A DNA stretch of 64,000 nt, from assembly GCA_963829955.1 (NCBI GenBank), contig CAWHKS010000004.1:4402-68401 (forward strand), read 5' to 3'. Positions 25,371 to 32,564 of the stretch are shown in pieces. Both the position numbers and the translations under genes were made by a program. A model generated the notes under the pieces. That model did no database searches. It saw only the letters and a program-made list of their open reading frames with translations, and was not told the DNA's origin. The stretch is from an uncultured Acidimicrobiales bacterium (GTDB taxonomy: Bacteria > Actinomycetota > Acidimicrobiia > Acidimicrobiales > Ilumatobacteraceae). Each line of letters starts with the position of its first letter. The first letter of the stretch is position 1.

Positions 25371-26591
25371 GTGGCCGGCGACCTCGTCTACGCGTTCAGG
25401 GTGATGCGCCTGTCACTTCTCGCGCCCGACGGCGTGGCGATCGGGAAGATCGACGACGTGGTGCTCCTCCCCACCCGGGGCCGGGAGGCACCCGAGGTCA
25501 TCGGGTTCGTGGCCACCGTCCAGCGGCGACGGCTGTTCGTCAACATCAACCGCGTGGCCGACCTGGACAGCGACGGCGTCCGTCTGCGGTCGTGGGACCT
25601 CGACGTCAACCCGTTCAAGCCGAAGTCGGGCGAGATCCTGGTCGGCCGCCACCTGATCGACCGGAAGATCGGCGACGAGACCGTCAGCGACGTGGCCCTT
25701 CGCCCGGCCGAGGGGCGGACCACCAAGTGGACGGTGGAAAAGGTGCGCTTGGCCCGCCGCCGGCCGCTGGTGCGCCGTGCCTCCTATCGCATCGTCGACT
25801 GGGACGAGGTGCCCGCTCTGTTCATGGGTGACGAGCTGGCGGCCGAGGCCGCCCGCCTGCGAGATCTCCACCCGAGCGATGTCGCCGCCGCCGTTCGCGC
25901 CCTGCCGCTGGCCCAGCGCCGGCAGCTGGCCGAGTCGATGGAGGACGACCGCCTCGCCGACCTGCTCGAGGAGCTGCCCGAGTCCGAGCAGCTCGGCATG
26001 ATCGAGGGCCTCGACCTCGAGCGCCTGCTGTCCGTGCTGGAGGAGATGGAGGTCGACGACCTGGCCGACCTGCTGGCCGAGATGCCCGGAGAGCAGCGCA
26101 CCCAGCTCCTGTCGGCCATGGACGTCGAGGACGCGGATGTGCTCCGCCGCCTGCTCTCCTACGCGGAGGGCACGGCCGGCTCGCTGATGACGCCCGACAT
26201 CATCATCTTCGGCCCCCACGCCACAGTGGCGTCGGCGCTGGCCGAGGTGCGGGATCCCGACTGGCTGGTCTCGATCGCCGCGCAGGTCTTCGTGACCAAC
26301 GCCCCGTTCGTCGCCCCGACCGGCAGCTACCTCGGTGTCGTCCACTTCCAGCGGCTGCTCCGGGAACCACCGTCGATGACGCTCGGCCGCTGCGTGGAGG
26401 AGGAGCCGACCGTCCCGCCCGACATGCCCGAGCGGGAGGTGGCCGAGCGCCTGGCCTCTTACAACCTCCTGGCCATCGCCGTGTGCGACGAGCAGCGGCG
26501 TCTGCTCGGGGCCATCACCGTGGACGACGTGCTCGACCGCACCCTGCCCGCCGACTGGCGGCAGCGGCCCCGTACCGGAGCGCCGACATGA
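25371..26591 (+). CDS. MgtE-N domain + tandem CBS domain cytosolic protein (no MgtE membrane domain), PRC-barrel-like N-terminus
   Basis: Intact 406 aa. LLAPDGVAIGKIDDVVLLP (PRC-like). LHPSDVAAAVRALPLAQRRQLAESMEDDRLADLLEELPESEQ...MEVDDLADLLAEMPGEQRTQLLSAMD (MgtE_N). LMTPDIIIFGP...LAIAVCDEQRRLLGAITVDDVLD (CBS pair). Confidence 0.85.
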   Translation: MAGDLVYAFRVMRLSLLAPDGVAIGKIDDVVLLPTRGREAPEVIGFVATVQRRRLFVNINRVADLDSDGVRLRSWDLDVNPFKPKSGEILVGRHLIDRKIGDETVSDVALRPAEGRTTKWTVEKVRLARRRPLVRRASYRIVDWDEVPALFMGDELAAEAARLRDLHPSDVAAAVRALPLAQRRQLAESMEDDRLADLLEELPESEQLGMIEGLDLERLLSVLEEMEVDDLADLLAEMPGEQRTQLLSAMDVEDADVLRRLLSYAEGTAGSLMTPDIIIFGPHATVASALAEVRDPDWLVSIAAQVFVTNAPFVAPTGSYLGVVHFQRLLREPPSMTLGRCVEEEPTVPPDMPEREVAERLASYNLLAIAVCDEQRRLLGAITVDDVLDRTLPADWRQRPRTGAPT

Positions 26592-27130
26592 GGGGCCGGG
26601 GCGAGGACCTGACCCGTCCCCGCAAGGAACGACGCGGCCTTGGCATCCACTACGACACCGACGCCTTCGGCCAGTTCAGCGAGGCCATCGCCCGGTTCCT
26701 CGGCACGGCCCGCTACCTGGTGTTCCAGACCGTCCTCATCGCGGTGTGGATCATCTTCAACACGATCGTGCCGGAGTCCTGGCGCTTCGACCCCTATGGC
26801 CGTGGCCTCGTGCTGCTCACCCTGCTGCTCTCGTTGCAGGCGTCGTACGCCGCGCCGCTCATCCTGCTGGCGCAGAACCGTCAGGAACGGCGGGACCGCG
26901 CGCAGTCGTCCACCGACCGTCGAGTCGCCGAGCGCACACAGTCCGACACCGAGTTCCTCGCCCGCGAGCTGGCCAGCGTGCGCCTCGCCCTGGGCGACAT
27001 GGTGACGACCGAGGACCTGGACGACCGGCTGGAGAAGCTGACGGAAGCGGTCGAGACGCTCAGCCGGCAGCTCGAGTCGGGGAGCTCGACACGGCCCGCC
27101 GAGCCACGGAGTCGACGAGCTGCCGGGTGA
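26588..27130 (+). CDS. DUF1003 domain-containing membrane protein
   Basis: ATG 26588 overlaps the upstream stop (ATGA). FGQFSEAIARFLGTARYLVFQTVLIAVWIIFN...RFDPYGRGLVLLTLLLSLQASYAAPLILLAQNRQERRDR fits DUF1003 as I remember it. Confidence 0.8.
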   Translation: MRGRGEDLTRPRKERRGLGIHYDTDAFGQFSEAIARFLGTARYLVFQTVLIAVWIIFNTIVPESWRFDPYGRGLVLLTLLLSLQASYAAPLILLAQNRQERRDRAQSSTDRRVAERTQSDTEFLARELASVRLALGDMVTTEDLDDRLEKLTEAVETLSRQLESGSSTRPAEPRSRRAAG

Positions 27131-27956
27131 CTCGGGCGAAGTCCTCGGGGTGCGTCCACGGCGCGAGGTGATCACCGGCCACCTCGCCGATCTCGGCCCG
27201 GATCACCTTGGCCAGCGCGTGCTGCTTGACCGGCTTGACCAGCCGGTCCGCGGTCGTGAGCAGCAGGCCGGTGGGCACGTCGATCGACGAGGCGAAGGCG
27301 CGGGCGTCGTAGGTGGCCAGCGCCTGGCCGGCCTGCACCACGGCCCGCACCTCGTTGCGGTGGATCTCGCCCTGGAGCCACGGGATCCACGGCTCCAGTG
27401 AGGGCTGGCCGCGGGACAGGCGGCGCAACCCCGACCGCACCGAGCGGGGGTACCACCAGGCTCGGAGCATCACGCCCATGAACCCGAGCGTGCGCCACAT
27501 GAACCGTTCCCGTCGGGAGTCCCGCCACTCGAGCGCTGTCGCCTCCAGCACCAACCCGGCCACCAGATGGGGATGGCGGTGCCAGAGGTGCAGCGAGATC
27601 GGACCGCCCATCGAATAGCCAACGAGGATCACCGGCCCCAGCCCGAGCTGCTCGACCAGGGCGGCCGCGTCGTCGGCGGCGTCCTCGAGCCGGAAGGGTT
27701 CCAGAACGTTGCGGATGCCACGACCGTGACCGCGATGGTCAACGGCGACGAACGAGTACGACTGCGCCAGCGTCTCGTAGGCGGTGAAGAACTGCAGGTC
27801 GGCGGACGCCGTCCAGCCGTGGAGGAGCAGGAGCGTCGGCGCCGACCGATCCGAATGGCGGTGGTACCGGTAGAAGATCTCGCCCCGCTGCGGGAGGTGC
27901 GTGACGTACCCGGGCGGGACGTGGGGCGGGAGCGTCGGATCGATCTCGATGGGCAC
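27060..27956 (-). CDS. Alpha/beta-fold hydrolase
   Basis: Intact 298 aa. LLLLHGWTAS...DHRGHGRG...VGYSMGG (GxSxG nucleophile elbow) ...GDHLAP. The 3' end overlaps the convergent DUF1003 gene by 71 nt. Confidence 0.85.
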   Translation of the reverse strand: MPIEIDPTLPPHVPPGYVTHLPQRGEIFYRYHRHSDRSAPTLLLLHGWTASADLQFFTAYETLAQSYSFVAVDHRGHGRGIRNVLEPFRLEDAADDAAALVEQLGLGPVILVGYSMGGPISLHLWHRHPHLVAGLVLEATALEWRDSRRERFMWRTLGFMGVMLRAWWYPRSVRSGLRRLSRGQPSLEPWIPWLQGEIHRNEVRAVVQAGQALATYDARAFASSIDVPTGLLLTTADRLVKPVKQHALAKVIRAEIGEVAGDHLAPWTHPEDFARVTRQLVDSVARRAVSSSPTRAAG

Positions 27957-27989
27957 AGCCTAGGAGCGATGACCTGGGCCGGGAACGGA

Positions 27990-28505
27990 TCAGTCGGCGG
28001 TCGGACCCTCGGCCCGGACCTTGGCCACCTCGGCCATGGCCTCCCGCAACTGGTTGATCCACGCCTCCTCGTTCCGCCCGACCAGCCGGACGCACCAGGC
28101 GAGCGCCTCGGATCGGCTGCGGGCGATGCCGGCGTCGATGAGCGTGTCGAGCACCTCCCGCTCGGCCATCCGCAACCGGGTCATCACCGGGACGCTGGCG
28201 GTGGTGAAGCACGTCTCGACATCGCCGCAACGGGCCGCCCACGACACCTTGCGACCGAAGCGGTGCTCGGCTTCGCGGGCGATGGCGATGCGCTGCTCCC
28301 GGGTGTCCTCCCGATAGGCGCCGATCCGGCTGGCCAGGGCGACGCGCCGGCCGTCAGGCCCCAGGTCATCACCCAGGTCGGGCGTGGGCAGCACCCCGGT
28401 CACGACCACCTCGTCCCGATCGGCCGCCACCGTCACCGGCTCGGCGAACCAACCGTCGGGGATACGGCCCCGGAACCAGGCGGTGAGCGTCTCGGTCGTC
28501 GACAT
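27990..28505 (-). CDS. Conserved hypothetical protein with ribbon-helix-helix-like C-terminal segment
   Basis: Intact 171 aa with normal composition. MTRLRMAEREVLDTLIDAGIARSRSEALAWCVRLVGRNEEAWINQLREAM resembles a CopG/RHH motif. A TAATCT -10-like box lies about 7 nt before the ATG, suggesting a near-leaderless transcript. Confidence 0.6.
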   Translation of the reverse strand: MSTTETLTAWFRGRIPDGWFAEPVTVAADRDEVVVTGVLPTPDLGDDLGPDGRRVALASRIGAYREDTREQRIAIAREAEHRFGRKVSWAARCGDVETCFTTASVPVMTRLRMAEREVLDTLIDAGIARSRSEALAWCVRLVGRNEEAWINQLREAMAEVAKVRAEGPTAD

Positions 28506-28544
28506 ACGAGTGAGATTACATGATTACCGACTTACTGACCAGGG

Positions 28545-29519
28545 TCACCACGAGGTCTGGCTGGCCGTGCCCGTGAAGCGGTGGATGGCCACCCCCGCGC
28601 CGGCCACCTGCCGGGCCAGGTCACGGGTGGGCAACGCCTCGTCGCCCAGCACGACCAGGCCGGTGGGGAACCGCCCGCCACCCGCCGCCGCGGCAGCGAC
28701 GCTGGCCATCGCAGCGGCCACCGCGCCCAGCGGGCAGGCCACGCCCAGCACCACCGCGTCCCGGCTGACGCCCGCGTGCCCCCGGACCTCGACCCGCAAC
28801 CCGCCCTCGCGCGCCTCCGGGTGCGGCCGGCGCAGCATGGGCAGGCGGGCGGTCAGCCGGTCACGCCGAGTCGCCGTGAGGCGGGCGGTGATGCGGGAGG
28901 CGGACGGGAAGGACCGGTGCAGAAGTACCGGATCCGGGAGCGCGGCGCGGTAGCAATCGTGGGCGCCGATGGGATCGGGGAACCAGCACAGCTCCCGGCC
29001 GGTGCCGCCCGGCCGTTCCTGCCAGGCCCCGTCGTACCAGTTACGGCTCGTCGAGCCGAGGGCCTCGTGGTGCTGGCGGGCACAGGCAGGCCCGCCCGTA
29101 CCGTGGATGGTCACGTGGAGCTCGTCGACGGAGTCGAGATCGCTGGCGGCGAGGCGGCCCAGCAGCCCCGTCATGCCGGGGGACGCGGCGGCGCCGACCA
29201 CGAGGCATCGCTCGGCCTGCTGAGCGGCGCGCTCCATGGCGATGAGCGCATCGACGTCGGCGCAGTCGTCGCTGGTCGTCACCACGTGGCAACCGGCGTC
29301 GAGCAACACCGCGGCCGGCGACTGCTGCGGTGAGGGCGTGGTGAGCACGACGACGGCGGCCTGGGCCCGGAGCTCCCGCTCGTCGACACGACGGACCTTC
29401 TTGCTGGTGGCCGGGTGCGCGGGGCTGAGGACGAGGACCTCGTCGACGTCGGCCCGCTCCACCAGGTGCGCCACCGTCCGCCGGCCGACGACGCCGTACC
29501 CGGCGACGCCGACGCGCAT
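28545..29519 (-). CDS. Saccharopine dehydrogenase-like NAD(P)-binding oxidoreductase
   Basis: MRVGVAGYGVVGRRTVAHL (Rossmann GxGxxG) ...VVTTSDD...VVGAAASPGMTGLL... Start taken at ATG 29519; the track ORF extends to 29891 with an Arg/Pro-rich extension. Confidence 0.7.
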   Translation of the reverse strand: MRVGVAGYGVVGRRTVAHLVERADVDEVLVLSPAHPATSKKVRRVDERELRAQAAVVVLTTPSPQQSPAAVLLDAGCHVVTTSDDCADVDALIAMERAAQQAERCLVVGAAASPGMTGLLGRLAASDLDSVDELHVTIHGTGGPACARQHHEALGSTSRNWYDGAWQERPGGTGRELCWFPDPIGAHDCYRAALPDPVLLHRSFPSASRITARLTATRRDRLTARLPMLRRPHPEAREGGLRVEVRGHAGVSRDAVVLGVACPLGAVAAAMASVAAAAAGGGRFPTGLVVLGDEALPTRDLARQVAGAGVAIHRFTGTASQTSW

Positions 29520-29656
29520 CAGGGGCGCTCGGTGAAGGGGACCTCGTGCCAGCCGCCGCGCTGGGGCGGTACCCCTCCACGGCCCCGCAGGCGGAGCACC
29601 GAGGCGATGAGCCCGGCCACCCCCACGGCCAGCAGGGCCCGACTGATGACCTTCAT
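29519..29656 (-). CDS. Candidate 45-aa single-TM micropeptide, stop overlapping the downstream start
   Basis: MKVISRALLAVGVAGLIASVLRLRGRGGVPPQRGGWHEVPFTERP*. Its TGA shares base 29519 with the ATG of the next gene (TGATG). There is no clear RBS, so support is weak. Confidence 0.4.
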   Translation of the reverse strand: MKVISRALLAVGVAGLIASVLRLRGRGGVPPQRGGWHEVPFTERP

Positions 29657-29881
29657 GAGCGCGCGGCCCGGCGTTGGCGCGTGGGGCCAGAACGGGCGCT
29701 CGGCATCGCCGCAGACTACTGCCCGGCTTTGGTCGGGCCGGGCGGCCGGCCCTCGACGGTTCGCGCCGGCGACGAGACCAGGTACGGCCACTGGATCCCG
29801 CGAGAACCTCGTGCGCGACGGGCGATGAGTTTGGGGCGGTCGGCCCGTCGGTACTGAGTTGCCGGATCGAAAGGAACCAAC

Positions 29882-30574
29882 ATGGCTGCACTGACGCCCG
29901 CTGCCGAGCTGGCGGCGGCGAACCCCATCCGACACCCCAACGAGTCCGAGGAGTACCGGCGGGCTCGCCAAGACCTCCTTGTCGAGGAGATCGAGCTGCG
30001 CCGGCAGGTCGAGCGCGTCGCCTCGCTCCGGCGTGACCTGCCCCCGGGCGGCGCGGTCCCTCGCGCCTACCGCTTCACCGACGAGGACGGCGCGGACGTG
30101 ACTCTCGAGGACCTGTTCGACGACCACGACACGCTGGTCATCTACAGCTACATGTTCGGCCCGCAGCGCGAGGAGCCGTGCCCGATGTGCACCTCGCTCA
30201 TGGGTGGCTTCGACCACAAGATCACCGACATCCGTCAGCGGGTCGCCATCGCCTTCACGGCCCGGTCACCGATCGAGCGGCTCATCGAGGCCAAGAAGGC
30301 GCGCGGATGGACCGATCTCCCTGTCTACAGCGACCAGCAGGGCGACTACACGAGGGACTACGTGTCGGCGGAGGACGCCGACATGCCGGCCTACAACGTG
30401 TTCACCCGCCGGGATGGCGTGATCCGCCACTTCTGGAGCGAGGAGGTCGGCGGTGACATGGCCGACCCCGACCAGGACCCGCGAGGCGCGGTCGAGATGG
30501 ACCCGCTGTGGCTCCTGCTCGACACGGTCCCCGAGGGTCGGGGCATCGACTGGCATCCCCAACTGAGGTACTGA
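29882..30574 (+). CDS. DUF899 domain-containing (thioredoxin-like) protein
   Basis: Intact 230 aa. NESEEYRRARQDLLVEEIELRRQVERVASLRRDLP...LVIYSYMFGP...PCPMCTSLMGGFD...AFTARSP...GW..LPVYS fits DUF899. Confidence 0.85.
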   Translation: MAALTPAAELAAANPIRHPNESEEYRRARQDLLVEEIELRRQVERVASLRRDLPPGGAVPRAYRFTDEDGADVTLEDLFDDHDTLVIYSYMFGPQREEPCPMCTSLMGGFDHKITDIRQRVAIAFTARSPIERLIEAKKARGWTDLPVYSDQQGDYTRDYVSAEDADMPAYNVFTRRDGVIRHFWSEEVGGDMADPDQDPRGAVEMDPLWLLLDTVPEGRGIDWHPQLRY

Positions 30575-30827
30575 CCTGTAAGACCGACGGCACTGGGGTT
30601 CACTCGGACTCGACGACGACGGAGTCGACCTGTCCCAAAGCGGCGGGTTCCTCGATGACCTCCGCCGTCCCCGCCGGCGAGGGCACCTCAGTGGTCCGGA
30701 CGGTTGTGCTTCGTAGAGTCCCGGCATGCGAGCCGACGCGCAGCGGAGCCGACGCCTCCTCCTGGACGCCGCGTGTGGCCCGTCATGCCTCGGCTCCAGG
30801 TCAGGCCGCGTCCGGTCTCGACCTCGG

Positions 30828-30901
30828 TGGGGCTAACAAGAATCGAACTTGTGACCTCATCCTTATCAGGGATGCGCTCTAACCGACTGAGCTATAGCCC
30901 C
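30828..30901 (-). tRNA. tRNA-Ile (anticodon GAT)
   Basis: The reverse complement GGGGCTATAGCTCAGTCGGTTAGAGCGCATCCCTGATAAGGATGAGGTCACAAGTTCGATTCTTGTTAGCCCCA folds as a cloverleaf, with anticodon stem-loop CATCC-CTGATAA-GGATG. Confidence 0.95.
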
Positions 30902-30942
30902 GGCACCGGAGCGTCGAGGCTACCGGCAGGGAGGCGACGCCC

Positions 30943-32088
30943 TCAACCGTTTGGACGGCGGGCCGGCTCCAGCGGAGGTGGTGCCGGCAGGTCGGACACA
31001 GGGGTCACGACGGGCTTCGACGGGCGGATCACCCGGCGCCGCCGGCGCCGGCGCACGACATCATCCCGGGCGATGACCTCGCGCTCGAGGACGGTCAGCC
31101 TGATGCCGCCGGTCAGGTCGGCGATGAGGTTGAACAGCACGGCCATGACGACGGTCAGGCCGGTGCCGGCCACGACGAACAGGGCCGTGAGCGTCAACCC
31201 GGCCCGGAACAGCGGCTCGGACTGCAGCTCGAAGGTGTCGTAGCCGAACGCCTCCCGGAAGAAGCCCTCGACGTTGTCGAGGGTGCCGGTCGACTGCGCC
31301 AGGTTCCACAACAACACGCCGGCGGTGATGAGCACGACGCCCATGGCCAAGAAGAAGATCAAGGCCACCTTGAAGACTGACCACGCGTCGACCGAGCGCA
31401 CGACTCGGGTGACCTTGCGGACGCGCGGGCGGGCGCGGCGGCGGGGCCGGGGCGGCGGCGGCACGACGGTCGGCGGAGGAGATGCGACGGGCTCGAGGAC
31501 CTGCGTCTCCGGCTGACCGTTCAGCGTCGGGACGGCGAGAGTCGGCGCGGGCTCGGTCGGCAGGGCGACGGGCGCCGTACGCGGAGGCGCCGGCGCGTAC
31601 ATCGCCGCGGCGACGGCGGCCGCTGCGGTCGCACCGGGCGGAAGCGTGGTGCTGGCAGGGGCCTCGGCAGACCAGTCGTCATCCGCGGTCTCTGACCTAC
31701 CGCCGGCGAGAAGCGGGTCGACGGGCGACGAGCTGTCCTTGTCGGCGATGGGATCGTCGTCGCCAGCGGACGCGGTGTCGCCGTCAGCCGCAGCCTTCTC
31801 CTCGGCGCCGGCGGCACCCGCCACGAGGAGGGCGCGCTGGCGGGCGGTGCGCTTGCGGCCGGGCCGGGGGGCACGGGTGGTGGGGCGGGAATCGTCCTGG
31901 CCGTCGCCGTTCGTGGTCGCCTTGCCGGACTCGTCGGCGGACACGTCCTCGTCAGCGCGCTCTGCCGCGTCGGGCGCGGGTGACGGCGCTCCGTTGGTCA
32001 CCTCGGGGGCGTCGCCACGACCGTCCCGGTCGTCGTCGTCGACTGCGGTCACGACGTCGGCCCGGTTGTCCAGTGCCATCCCAGGCAC
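30943..32088 (-). CDS. DUF3566 domain-containing membrane protein (Rv0007-like)
   Basis: Long acidic/Pro-rich N-terminal region, then VRKVTRVVRSVDAWSVFKVALIFFLAMGVVLITAGVLLWNLA...LTLTALFVVAGTGLTVVMAVLFNLIADLTGGIRLTVLE. Sits in the position between gyrA and tRNA-Ile, as in mycobacteria. Confidence 0.8.
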   Translation of the reverse strand: MPGMALDNRADVVTAVDDDDRDGRGDAPEVTNGAPSPAPDAAERADEDVSADESGKATTNGDGQDDSRPTTRAPRPGRKRTARQRALLVAGAAGAEEKAAADGDTASAGDDDPIADKDSSSPVDPLLAGGRSETADDDWSAEAPASTTLPPGATAAAAVAAAMYAPAPPRTAPVALPTEPAPTLAVPTLNGQPETQVLEPVASPPPTVVPPPPRPRRRARPRVRKVTRVVRSVDAWSVFKVALIFFLAMGVVLITAGVLLWNLAQSTGTLDNVEGFFREAFGYDTFELQSEPLFRAGLTLTALFVVAGTGLTVVMAVLFNLIADLTGGIRLTVLEREVIARDDVVRRRRRRRVIRPSKPVVTPVSDLPAPPPLEPARRPNG

Positions 32089-32106
32089 TGTAACCCGCGA
32101 CGGCCG

Positions 32107-32478
32107 TCAACCTCCGGTCACGGGTGGTGAGCGCTCGCCCGGCGACCCCTCGGGACCAGGACGGTCGTCGGCCACCATGGCTGCCCGTGCTGTTGCGGAT
32201 GCACCGTCGACGCGGACGGTCACGGTCACCCCGCCGTCCGTGTCGGAGTACGACACGAGCGTGCCGCCGTTCTCGGCGGCCATCGTGGCGGCCGCAGTCC
32301 GCCCGGCCGCCGCTCCGGCCAGGGCTGCGGCGTCAGCAGCGGTTCGGGCCCTGGCGGCAGCGGCCACCCGCTGGCCGAGCTGGCCGAGGCCCAGGATCAG
32401 GACGGCGGCCACGGCCATCACCGCGGCCAGGAGCGGCACCGCCTGCCCGGCTTCCGAACGGGGAGGAACGTTCCTCAT
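32107..32478 (-). CDS. Orphan TadE-like protein (resembles the helicase/secretion-neighbourhood TadE-like family)
   Basis: MRNVPPRSEAGQAVPLLAAVMAVAAVLILGLGQLGQRVAAAARARTAADAAALAGAAAGRTAAATMAAENGGTLVSYSDTDGGVTVTVRVDG: N-terminal helix plus the A-ADxAALAGA motif and a short beta C-terminus. Confidence 0.6.
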   Translation of the reverse strand: MRNVPPRSEAGQAVPLLAAVMAVAAVLILGLGQLGQRVAAAARARTAADAAALAGAAAGRTAAATMAAENGGTLVSYSDTDGGVTVTVRVDGASATARAAMVADDRPGPEGSPGERSPPVTGG

Positions 32479-32530
32479 GCAACATCCTTCGACGAAGGTG
32501 GAGTCGGGGGAAGTTGCGAAGGGAAGGAAG

Positions 32531-32548
32531 GCCGGCGCACTCGCCGGC
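32531..32548 (-). terminator. GC-rich hairpin downstream of gyrA (possible intrinsic terminator)
   Basis: GCCGGCG-CACT-CGCCGGC is a perfect 7-bp stem, 17 nt after the gyrA stop. On the minus strand it is followed by CTTCCTTCCC, which is only partly U-rich. Confidence 0.45.
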
Positions 32549-32564
32549 GAAGGTCAGGTGAGTG

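Noticed and set aside
27060-27130. 71-nt tail-to-tail overlap of the DUF1003 gene and the alpha/beta hydrolase gene, considered as an antisense regulatory feature
   Set aside because: Both C-termini in the overlap are low-complexity (Ser/Arg/Ala-rich) and may be over-extended by a missed indel. There is no independent evidence of function.
30575-30827. 253-bp unassigned spacer between DUF899 and tRNA-Ile; a minus-strand reading ...AEVIEEPAALGQVDSVVVESE* looked faintly protein-like
   Set aside because: There is no start codon with an RBS, an in-frame stop lies about 60 codons upstream, and I recognised no motif or stable RNA structure. Left unannotated.
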